Of a stretch of 64,000 bases of DNA, positions 10,295 to 20,436 are shown piece after piece. The translations under genes and the position numbers were made by a program. Within the stretch, counting starts at the first letter, position 1, and each line of letters begins with the position of its first letter. Location of the stretch: the NCBI GenBank assembly GCA_051294375.1, contig CM119266.1, positions 20,810,780-20,874,779 of the forward strand. Direction: 5' to 3'. Below the pieces are notes generated by a model. The model was given only the letters and a program-made list of their open reading frames with translations, had not been told where the DNA came from and ran no database searches. This DNA is from Paraspadella gotoi. Its lineage: Eukaryota > Animalia > Chaetognatha.

Positions 10295-10525
10295 GACCTA
10301 CTATCTTCATTTGGCATTCGAACACCGCTGGAGCCGCATCAGTTGCAAGCCATGAAAGTTGCTTATCTGGAAAGTGCTTATCCCTCAGCGGAGTTCAAGA
10401 TGAAACTGTCTTCAGAATTAAATCTTTCATATAAACAAGTCAATAACTGGTTTAGATGGCGTCGTGAATGCGAGAGAAAAGGGTCAAAGCGGCTTCGCAT
10501 GAATCGTAGCGGTGAATCTAATTAA
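10295..10525 (+). CDS. Homeodomain cassette exon 19
   Basis: ttgtag|GAC; DLLSSFGIRTPLEPHQL..YLESAYP..NWFRWRR*. Confidence 0.87.
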   Translation, partial: DLLSSFGIRTPLEPHQLQAMKVAYLESAYPSAEFKMKLSSELNLSYKQVNNWFRWRRECERKGSKRLRMNRSGESN

Positions 10526-10769
10526 GGGTAAACGGTCAGTAGCTCCGGTTTGGTTAATTTTTTTTCCTCCCCAAGCCAGGTTTTTCTTCGATCTTTGAAT
10601 GTTCGGCGGCGGGACGTCTTACAATGTTCTAAAATGCTATTTTCAGTAGTGTCCGGTTATAATATAAACTAGGCAATTTCCCCAAGAATTGAGATTTAAG
10701 CAGAACGCGCCCATGTTTTAAAAAAATCCTGGATCTCCCTCCTTCACTGTTTTTGCTTTTCAATGACAG

Positions 10770-11009
10770 ATTTTTTTCCCCTTCATGGGAAAGAAAGCCT
10801 TTGGCATTCGCACGACTTGGGGCCAGGATCAGTTAGCGGTTTTGAACGAGGCGTTTTTTCAAAATGCTTATCCTAGTAAAGGAGAGCAAGAAGCTATAGC
10901 TCTAGAACTGGGCGTGGAACAAAAAAAAGTGTATAACTGGTTTCGTAGAAAAAGGGAAACCTTGAAATCCAAGAATTTTTCCGGTGGAGGAATTGGTCTG
11001 AACGACTGA
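10770..11009 (+). CDS. Homeodomain cassette exon 20
   Basis: gacag|ATT; IFFPFMGKKAFGI..FFQNAYP..NWFRRKR*. Confidence 0.82.
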   Translation: MFFPFMGKKAFGIRTTWGQDQLAVLNEAFFQNAYPSKGEQEAIALELGVEQKKVYNWFRRKRETLKSKNFSGGGIGLND

Positions 11010-11587
11010 TCCCCCAAGGCGGTTAATGTTGCCAGTTATTTTACATTTTCGGCTTTACACCCATAAGTAATTTTCTGTGAAATACTTTTTGAAAGCAGAA
11101 ATTATGTTTTTGCCTCATCGGTTTTTTTTGTTTTGTCTCTCTCTTGTTAATAGATGCAGGTTAAAGGTCTCATTCTGTGTGTAAATTAAACACTTTAGCG
11201 TTAGGAAAGTATTTCTTTTAATATTACTCGTATTCTGTAAAATTAACATTAAAAATATTCCTTCCCCCAAGTTAATTTTTGTTAGTATTATATTATTTAT
11301 AAATATATTATATAAGTTTCAATTTATTGGGACGAAAAAGAATTATTTCTGTTTAGTTAATACAGCGAAACATGTTTTAGGTTTTCCATACTTTTTTTTA
11401 AATATTCACTATGAATACTTTGTGGTCAAAACAAGAATACAGGTTTTTAAGAATAATCAAACATCTTTTTGAAGGCCGTTTCGTTTTTAAGCATTTTATT
11501 TTATTCATGATAATAAATGTGACTTGTTACTTCAAGAGAACTATTTTTTTTTTGGTGCTCATTTGGATTTCGTCTTTTTTCCTTCAG

Positions 11588-11791
11588 GAACTTCTAAAAT
11601 TGTTCGGCATTCAAACTCCTTTAAACCAAGATGAACTTTGCACATTGCGAAATTTTTATATTCATAATCGTTATCCTAATGTAAAGGAAAAGACAAATTT
11701 GAGTGAAGATTTAGGGTTGTCTATAACACGAATAGATCATTGGTTCAAATGGCAACGGGCGAAAGATGCTAAAGAAAAGAAAAAAGAATAA
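11588..11791 (+). CDS. Homeodomain cassette exon 21
   Basis: cttcag|GAA; ELLKLFGI..YIHNRYP..HWFKWQR*. Confidence 0.87.
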   Translation, partial: ELLKLFGIQTPLNQDELCTLRNFYIHNRYPNVKEKTNLSEDLGLSITRIDHWFKWQRAKDAKEKKKE

Positions 11792-12132
11792 GCTAGTTAT
11801 CTATATAAATAAAGATGGCCGACCGGGATTTTGCGGTCGGTTTTTTTTTCGCTTCTTATGAGCGACGTATATAAATCTCGTTATGCAAAAATAAAAAAAA
11901 TATATTGGTAAGGGTAGAAAAACTTTCTATTATAAATTCCTAACCACCCCTAATCCCTAACTAACCCTAACCCAATTGCTAGCCGTCTAAAAAATATAAC
12001 ATAAAAATATTTTTTCTTTCCTTTCCTTGTTTGTTTGTTTACATACAACGAATTTTATTAAGAAACATAAATTTCATCAGTGCAAAAACGAATTGATTTA
12101 TAAAAAAAATATTTTTACAGACTTTGAAGTTT

Positions 12133-12165
<33 letters not shown>

Positions 12166-12517
12166 CAGTGAAAATATTTGTTAAACAAATCAATTCGTTT
12201 TTGCACTGATGAAAACTCGTACGTCAACGAACAATTTATTTTTTAACTCAAACATAAAAATAGCAATTAAAATAAATTTAAAACAATTATTATTTATTAT
12301 AAAATTATAAAATTTGTATTCTTGAACAAAAAATAATGTATTTTACTGCGCAAAGTGAGGTTAGAGGGAAAACAAAATTAAATGGATTAAAAAAGCACCG
12401 ACCGGTGATACCTAAGATGGTTGCGGACCTCGAATAGTAAAGTTACCCATAAAGATGTTATCGTTAAAGAGGGAGTGAGAAGGCATGACGTTTAGTCGAA
12501 ATTAAATTTTCTTTCAG

Positions 12518-12727
12518 CCTCTTTCTTCTGTCGATTTGCTTTCGTCTTTTGGAATAACGTCGTCTTTGGATAGCTTTCAGACTGAATATTTGTGCTCTTT
12601 TTTCGAGAAAAACCGATATCCAAGTTCTGTTGAATGCTCCAATATTGCACAACAATTAAACCTTCCAGTCAAGAGAGTCCATAATTGGTTTCAGTGGCGA
12701 AGAAGGAATAAAGGAAAAAAACATTGA
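12518..12727 (+). CDS. Homeodomain cassette exon 22
   Basis: tttcag|CCT; PLSSVDLLSSFGI..FEKNRYP..NWFQWRRR*. Confidence 0.87.
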   Translation, partial: PLSSVDLLSSFGITSSLDSFQTEYLCSFFEKNRYPSSVECSNIAQQLNLPVKRVHNWFQWRRRNKGKKH

Positions 12728-12989
12728 TTTTTAAACATTTGTGTATATTCAAATATTTATAAAGTTTTTTATTAATTTTGTTACGAATTGAATAACTTTT
12801 TTAAAAATTATCGCAAGTATAAGTAGTGAACTGTAAATTAATTGTCTAAGTACTTTTCGCTATCAGCTTATCTAAACCGATTTAATTTGAATCCATGTTG
12901 TAATCGATTTAAGTATAATTACATTTCGGTGATTTTAATTGTTTTAAAGTTTAATATTTTCTCATTAGTTCAGTCGTCTTTTTTTCCAG

Positions 12990-13262
12990 GCGAGTATAAG
13001 TGTTGAAAACGTGGAACCCACAACGGTATCGGCTGAAAGTATTTTAGCCGCATATGGGATACAGTATAGAAACAATAGATTCACAAAGGAGCAGTTGTTC
13101 ATCCTCACTAAGTCTTTTGAAGAAAATCCTTATCCGTCGGCAGCGACCAAACATGCACTATCTGAGCAAACTGGTTTAAGTTTTGGCCAAATTGAAAATT
13201 GGCTTTGGAAAAAACGAGGCAAACTGAAAAAGTTGAACAATACTGATTCGAGTGCCAGATAA
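12990..13262 (+). CDS. Homeodomain cassette exon 23
   Basis: ttccag|GCG; ..SAESILAAYGI..FEENPYP..NWLWKKR*. Confidence 0.86.
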   Translation, partial: ASISVENVEPTTVSAESILAAYGIQYRNNRFTKEQLFILTKSFEENPYPSAATKHALSEQTGLSFGQIENWLWKKRGKLKKLNNTDSSAR

Positions 13263-14085
13263 ATTATGGTAATAACTTTGGAATGGATTTTTTGAAAAAT
13301 GTCTTAAAACTCGTGGTTTAATTTTTTAAAGTTTAATAATTTTTTAAAGTACCTATTTTATTGATTTTTTTCATTGTTGATTAAAATGTTGCTGAAATCT
13401 AGTCGCGTGCCGTTTATGAAAATATTTTAAATAGTAAAAATTTTAAAGCTACCATTTGAAAGATGTTCTCATTTTAAATAATAAGAATTTTCAGAAAAAT
13501 ACATCAAAATTAAATAAAGTGTCCTAAATTAATATTAAAATTTCTGAAATAGCGAGCCTATTCCTTCCACATAACTCCATACCATTAACATAGACTTAGT
13601 TTTTCTCACCAATCATAAAAGCCCATTGCTGTAACTTTCTGTTTGTTTAGTGGGCCTTGCTAATTACGTACAGGTCATTAATTATTTGTAACAATTTAAG
13701 CAGATAAGTTTTAAAAATACTTAATTCATTTTATATAAAATACATGGAACTTTGCGCCTATTTTCTCTTTTTTACCGAATTATATTCCTATATAATCCTA
13801 TTTCTAAGTAACATATAAATATTTTTTTTTATGTTAAGCCATGGGTGGTATATATATAATAGGCTATTGATTCTATCAAAGGTCAGGCAAAGCTTTTTGA
13901 ACCCAGATATAAGTATGAATATGTTGATTTTTGGCCTACGATATATCCAGAAAGTTATAGCTGATAGTAACTTAAGATTTTATAATTATAATAGTATGTG
14001 ATTTAGCCAGAAAAATTAAAAGTTTTTTATGCCACAAAGGTTTAACTTATAACATCTTTATTATATCTTTTATTCTATTCTCAAG

Positions 14086-14478
14086 TTGTCTGCATTAACG
14101 CTGGAGACTGCTTCAAACTTCTATGGAATATCTCTCAAACTTATTCAAGAAGTTTCCACGTATACATTAGAGGATGTTCAGGAAAAGAGCTCTCCAAAGT
14201 ACAAATTGTTTAATCATTTGCAGTATAATTTTGCCAAATCTATTGCTGGTTTGTGTCCTTACAACGAATGGAGGGGTCCTTTGGTGAATGAGTTTTTCAC
14301 TCAGCATTTTCAGGAATGGTTCACATTGTTTGAAAACATGTGTTTTCAACGATCTGCCAAGTCTTTGATGAGAAAACTGGCTCACAGTCATTATAACATA
14401 TTATTAAAAAGAGTTGTTGTTCAGAGGACAAAAATTAAAAATGTTACCGTCTCATCCACCGACATGATGTTCCTATGA
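14086..14478 (+). CDS. Divergent cassette exon 24 (unknown domain, retains the YGI motif)
   Basis: ctcaag|TTG, phase 0; LSALTLETASNFYGI...GLCPYNEWRGPLVNEFFTQHFQEWF; aligns by eye with exons 25 and 26. Confidence 0.7.
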   Translation: MSALTLETASNFYGISLKLIQEVSTYTLEDVQEKSSPKYKLFNHLQYNFAKSIAGLCPYNEWRGPLVNEFFTQHFQEWFTLFENMCFQRSAKSLMRKLAHSHYNILLKRVVVQRTKIKNVTVSSTDMMFL

Positions 14479-14841
14479 TGAATTAAATTATACAACAAAC
14501 AAAAGAAACTTTGTTTATTCTATTGTTTTCTTCATTTTTTTGGCATTCTAAAAATCCTAAACATATTGGATAGTAAGTCATTTTAAATCATTAATTCTAA
14601 AGTTTTAAATCAGACCATTGATAGTAAAATCTTAATTCACTTCAAAGTATTTTCCTCATTAAGTTATGAATAAAATTGATTTTATGTTGAAAATAGGACA
14701 AAATTTGACAAATTGTAATACCAGTTTGTTTGTTTTAATAAAATTGTTTCCCATAAAGTACACCATATGAATCCATAATTTAAAAAAAGCTGACCCAGTT
14801 AACACATAATTCATATGCAAGGATTTTTTTTTCGTATTTAG

Positions 14842-15225
14842 GAATTCTCAGTTGATCGTCAGCTGGAGAGCTTAAAGGATGAAAAGTTCAACACAGCTAT
14901 TCAATTTACTTCACTCGATCTCGAAAACAACGAAGCATACATGAAAATTATGAATTCGTTGCTTTGTTCCGTGAGCCGAGTTTTGGCGGAAAATTGTCCC
15001 TTCGACGGCGAGCACAGTGGTCCGAATGTATCGGCGTATTTCAACGCTCATTTCAACGAATGGTATCACACTAATTTCCCACACCTATCTTTGAATTCAT
15101 CAATGACTTCGAAGTTCAGATCTAATTGCAGGAAATGGTTTGGAACTAATCGAAAAAGATATTTGAGGAAGCAATTTCATAACCAAAACATAGAGATTAT
15201 TATTCCGGCTCTAAATTTTGTGTGA
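14842..15225 (+). CDS. Divergent cassette exon 25 (expanded homeodomain-like)
   Basis: atttag|GAA, phase 0; EFSVDRQLESLKDEKF..FTSLDLE..LAENCPF..HFNEWYHTNFP..RKWFGTNRKR*. Confidence 0.75.
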   Translation, partial: EFSVDRQLESLKDEKFNTAIQFTSLDLENNEAYMKIMNSLLCSVSRVLAENCPFDGEHSGPNVSAYFNAHFNEWYHTNFPHLSLNSSMTSKFRSNCRKWFGTNRKRYLRKQFHNQNIEIIIPALNFV

Positions 15226-15420
15226 TTAAACAAAGAAAGTGATATTTCATTAATGGTTTTAGAAAAACTTTCTCGTGAAAAAAAATGAGGGCACAAAGAG
15301 TTATTTTAATTTTTGTCTTGTAGCATCATATTTAGTCTTTAGATGTGTCAATGGCCAAGGGGAAGAAAATAGTACCCCGTTATACTTAGTTATGGGGAAG
15401 TTGTGGATAAGGCGCTAAGT

Positions 15421-15666
15421 TGGCTGAAGATGACTATCCATAACTTCTATAACACCCTCTAGCAGCCGTGGAACGGGTCCTGGGTTTGCCACGCCCCAAA
15501 GGTAGCTTACGGCCGTCCTCACTCTTCCCGCAGGGTAGGTACAGGTTTGGGATTAAACCCGGTACCTAGTGGTCATGAGCTGATGGCTTTACTCAATGAG
15601 CCACCAGGTCACAACTGAAAGTGTCATGCTTATTGGCGCGGTGAACCTAGGCAATGCCCGACTACA
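15421..15666 (-). mobile_element. Solo LTR containing tRNA-like sequence
   Basis: TG...CA ends with a 4-bp TSD AAGT (15417-15420 / 15667-15670). The minus strand has A-box-like TGGCTCATTGAG and B-box-like GGTTTAATCCC. Confidence 0.6.
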
Positions 15667-15965
15667 AAGTTTTAATTTCGTAGATCCAAAAGTTTTTTTC
15701 AAAACTAAGAATCTTGGGCGATAAGCCAAAAAGTGTCATGTCGTCAACAAATTGGTATTTAACTCTTGGAAGAATGTTCGATCACTTGGGCCAACTAGTC
15801 TTCAATAGACAGTTATAGTCTAATATACTTTGGCTCCCCTGTTCTACTTATTCATTTATTAGCGAGATTCAAAAGTAGTGATAATTGCCGTAATTTTGTA
15901 ATTATTGGCTCAATTGAAAAGATCGACCAGATTCGATTACCGCAGCGGGGATTTTTACGCCGTAT

Positions 15966-16226
15966 TGAAGAGGCTGGTTTTACAGGGCGCCACACCCGCA
16001 GCGGTGTCACCTCGTTGCGACAGCGAGATAGTATGTTCAATGTAGTCCAGAGCTTTGGATCTGGGAGCAGGCCTCGGCCTACAGGCGGGTTACCCGGCCC
16101 ATCCCACTTGCAACCTCAGGGCTCGAACCAGGGACATACATTGGGATGGTTCATTAGGCCACTGAGCCACTGAGGTAATGCGAAGGAAACGCCTTTTAAA
16201 CTATATGTGATTATAGGACCACCACA
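15966..16226 (-). mobile_element. Solo LTR containing tRNA-like sequence, related to the TRIM at 55 kb
   Basis: Minus strand TGTGGTGG...CCTCTTCA with a 4-bp TSD GTAT (15962-15965 / 16227-16230). Has A box TGGCTCAGTGG and B box GGTTCGAGCCC, and shares TAACCCGCCTGTA and GATCCxAAGCTC with the TRIM LTRs. Confidence 0.75.
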
Positions 16227-16868
16227 GTATTACTGTTCAGTGAACAGTGTTCACATTCCAGAATTGTAAAAATATTTTCATTAACATTCTAATTCTTAAT
16301 TTGAAAGAAACTGTTAGGTAAGAAAACGTTAGGTATTCTCATTCATAATAAAAAATTTTGACGAGACCCGTCTCGTTTTGTTTTTAGATGGTTTAAACCG
16401 AATTATTTACTTAATGCGCCTTGTATGAAATTGGTACAACCAATATAAATATTATCCATTCATTTAATAAATAAGCTATCTTGCCCCTGACTTTGGACAG
16501 GCTTTGGTGGTATATAATGGTAAAACCGTTGTTCATCGGGTCATGCTCGTCTTTCAGTTACTCAAAACTAATTCATGAGAAAATGGAAGCTAAGATCAAC
16601 AAATCGATACTATTAAAATCCGTCTGGCGGTTCTACACGGTTCTACACTACAGTACCGTTATGAATGTTCCTTAAACGCCTCGAATGTACCTCTGTAGAC
16701 ATTCTGACCTCCTTAGAGTTAAAAGCGTCATCCTTATTTGCATTTGGTCAAGCGTGACAATCTGTCGAAAATTTCCATCGAGCTGTGTTTGGGGGGGGGG
16801 GAGGGTGTGAAATCGGGCTGGAGTAGCTTATGCAAACTGCATGACATGCCGACTATTCGTTTCGACAG

Positions 16869-17222
16869 TTGCAACTCCGGCTGTCGCTGGAATCTCTCAA
16901 GGACGCCAAGTTTGCAGCGGCAGCGTCGTTCTCCGCCGACTCTCTCCTCGACGTTCCCGTGAATATGAAGATCGTGAGTTCCGTTCTCTGCGCTTTCACC
17001 AAAATCCTCGCCGCCCATTATCCTCTCCGTGGCGTGACCTCCGGTCATCACGTCTCCAGCTTTTTCGCGGAAAACTTTAATTGGTGGATTCACGAGAATT
17101 TTCCGTTGCTCGGCGACCATGGCGCCCTCGTGACGACGCTGCGTAGCAAAGCCAGGGCATGGTTCGTGACGAATCTAAAACGACAACATCGCCGAAGGTG
17201 GCCACCGATCATTGACGTCTAA
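16869..17222 (+). CDS. Divergent cassette exon 26 (expanded homeodomain-like)
   Basis: cgacag|TTG, phase 0; LQLRLSLESLKDAKF..LAAHYPL..NFNWWIHENFP..RAWFVTNLKR*; clear paralogue of exon 25. Confidence 0.75.
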   Translation: MQLRLSLESLKDAKFAAAASFSADSLLDVPVNMKIVSSVLCAFTKILAAHYPLRGVTSGHHVSSFFAENFNWWIHENFPLLGDHGALVTTLRSKARAWFVTNLKRQHRRRWPPIIDV

Positions 17223-18265
17223 TCGGAGATGGAAACGGCAAAAATTAGTGTCTTTTTTTTTTTAAATCTCACAATTGAATATTAGGATTAAGCCTTATTA
17301 TCCTAGACCCCTTTTTTTTTTTTTTTTTAAAAATAAACTTAAATTCTTAATCCATAACCTTTTAACCCATTTTGACTTAAATTAAATTGTCTTTAACCTC
17401 CCATAATTATTACTCTTACCATTTCTGCTTTCACCAGCATTCTCTAACCGTTTGATTAAAACCCCTTACCGACAAATTTTTACTAGTAACGTGAAATACA
17501 CTAAAAATCCGTAATCATTTATTACGAGTGTCTTTTGCAGTTTTCGGGTATCGTTAAAAAAAGTCACTGTTTTTCGTGGTGGTACAATTACTATGTATAT
17601 TATACAGAGTAATATATATAGTAATATATATAGTGTATTTGGTATAGAATATTAAAAATAACCCTTGGTCATGATTGATCCTTGCTTGGCCGAGAAATAA
17701 TAAAAGTGGGGAATTAAAAACCATGTTGGAACCATTTTGAAAAACCGATAGAATTGCATATCGCATATTCCGTGCTCCCTGAAAGGGAAAACAACTGCTT
17801 CTGCAACGTCACGACCGAAATAGCTGATTGGCGGTTCTAAACTGACAAGACGGCAAAAATCGGCGACCAGCAACCTCCTCAAAAAGGTGCATTCGCGGGG
17901 ATCCGTTAGAACAAAACAACTACGGTCTTTCTACGCTGACGAACTACCTTCGCAAAAGGAAAGGAAGCGGTAAGAACGTGACTGCCTTTTTTACAGGTAC
18001 AACTTATATTTGCACATCAAAGATTAGTTTTCCATCTAGTTGAGGTATTTTGTGACTAATAAAACAAAGGGAGAGTTTGATATCATTATAAATGGTTAGT
18101 TTAGTGTGCCGCAAAACAATTTAATAAAAGATAAACTTGACGAGGGAATAAAATTAGCAGCTACTGAATATTTTAATGTTCTTGAAATAATTCTTCCGAA
18201 GTCAAATAATTGTTGAAGTTAGGAGGAATTATTGATTAGCTAGTGGGCTACTTTCCAAGTAGACT

Positions 18266-20031
18266 GGTGCTTGTTTGATAAGAAAAAAAAATATTAGTGA
18301 TAGGCTTGATTCTAAGCTTCGGAGTGAAAGATAATTCCCAATGAAGTCTCCCGAATTTTACGTTGACAGGATCAGTTTACAGAAAAGATCGAAAGGTACC
18401 GCATGCTGCTGCCCATCGCATTTTAAATCACTATTTGAATATTGACGAAAATTTGTTCAAAACCTGATCACACAGAACTTTTGTTGATACTTTTCGACAG
18501 CGATAGAGGGAAGTAGGGAACTCGGACATATATTTCAAAAGTATTGAGAAACAAATGGCACGGGTGACGGATGGATTTCGGGCCTGGCAAAGAAAAGTAT
18601 TAAATTTAAAAGTCTATAAAGTCAAAGACTATAAAAGTTCTCAAAAACCTCGCAGATAATACTGGTTGAGGGATTTGTACCAACGTAATTTAGAAACAGC
18701 TGTTTTGTTTGGGAGACTATATCGGTATATGGTTAATTGCGAGGACTAATTTAAATATGACATTTCTTACCCGACGATAAAGCCAGAAATACCCGGTAAT
18801 AACCAATTAAGTTTGGTAAAATTTTTTGGTATATATAAAAATTATAGAACCCACTTTATGGTATGTATAAAAATTATAGATTACTTTTGATGCGGTATAT
18901 ATTTTTTTTAAATCCTCAAGTCGTAAGAAAAGGCCGTTTCAAATCCTTCAGTGATCCTTGACCTCCACGATCTCTCTCCCTAGAAAGCCTTATCTTTTAA
19001 AGTGTAAGGCCAAAAGGTAAAACGACGACGAGGACGACTATTGGTCAGAGAGAGAGAGAGAGATAGAGAGAGAGAAAAGAATAGCCCGGGATCGGGAGAA
19101 AAAAGAAGGGGGGGGGGAAAGAGAGAAGGATTATTTCTCTCCCGCAGAATAACCAGTACTGGTAATTAACCGCGGAGAAGAATGGCGGCCTGGCGGCGAA
19201 CTTCTGAGGAAAAGCGTGGAAGGCGGGCGGCCGTGTTCAAAGGAGAAGGAGGCGGGTGGGGGTGGGGCAGATGGGGCGAGGGGGTAAGAGTAAGGATTCG
19301 ATGGAGGGAGGGACGATTAAGGGGAGTCCTGAGTCTGACTCCAGTTCGGAGGCGAAAACATTAACGTTGCGTAAAATTAATCGATCGGATCACGACTCAT
19401 CTCAACGTCGAAACGGTTTGAAGAGAGAGAGAGAGGAGAGAGAGAAAAGATATTAAAAGTTGTCTCGGCCGTTTACGTCTCAGTTATCCTGTTTTTGGTG
19501 AACCATTACGAATATGAACAAACTAGGAATGTTTTTCGTTTGGAACACGCTCGTAGTGAGGAGACAAAGTTTCGGGGTTTATATTCTTACTAATATTTTA
19601 AGTTATGAGCACTGTAGTCGTAGACATTGTGAATATCTTTCGATTCGTTGCATTTGGAATAGTAAACGAAAACAAAGTTTTATATTGGTTGACAACAACG
19701 GCAAATTTTTTGTTGTTGTCACCCAAATAATTTTTTTTGGGGGGGTTTATTCAGATAATAGCACATAATGATAATAATCATTGCATGGCGAGAGTTTAGA
19801 AAATATGGGTGAGGACAATCGACGAGATAAGATCTATATGCCGCTCAAGCAATTCCAGTCTCTGCGGCTTACCGCGGCATCGACAGCCTCGAGGTCGGCG
19901 GTCATTCTTTTGATCCTTTCGGAGAATTGATCTCTTCTGATCCGGCGTCCAATCTCGGAGACTCAACCGCCGAAAGTTCTCCTCCCACTCTCACATCCAT
20001 CCATCCTACCATCATTTTTTTCTCTCTTTTT

Positions 20032-20064
<33 letters not shown>

Positions 20065-20398
20065 TTAACTTTCTTAACTTTTTTTTTAGCTATATACTTT
20101 TTTCCCTTTCTTGAATTATTTTCTTTTTTTAGCTTCTATATTTTTTGTACTGAAAAGATACGTATAAGCAAAGAATAATAGAGACTGCATCCTCAATCCC
20201 AGCGAGAGCCGCGATTGAGTCTGACGACTTTGAGGTAATTGTCCCTTTTTTGTGTCCTGAATGTCCTCAAACCTTGCCCCACGCCCACCCCAGTCCTATT
20301 TTTCCCGCCAAAAAAAGTCACCAGAAACATTAGTTCTCATTTTTTTCTGCAACGGGGATTTATGATGCAGCTGTCTCTCGCCTCATATCCTTCGAATG

Positions 20399-20436
<38 letters not shown>

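Larger units (their letters stand above)
1826..17222 (+). other. Array of 26 phase-0 acceptor-to-stop cassette exons (23 homeodomain, 3 divergent)
   Basis: Each cassette was translated by hand. All start in frame directly after an AG and end at a stop; none has an internal stop or frameshift. Confidence 0.9.

Noticed and set aside
1826-13262. One protein with many tandem homeodomains (ZHX/ZFH-like)
   Set aside because: Every cassette ends in a stop, I saw no consistent donor before the stops, and 15-23 nt spacers are too short for normal introns.
1826-13262. Hox/ParaHox/NK cluster of independent genes
   Set aside because: No WFQNRR or class-diagnostic residues, mostly no ATG, and no space for promoters. 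Most ORF-track starts are TTG/GTG artefacts.
17760-18000. Promoter-like patch (ACGTCA, ATTGG) with a gtaag donor near 17969
   Set aside because: No downstream coding sequence could be attached, and the motifs are too short to support a call.
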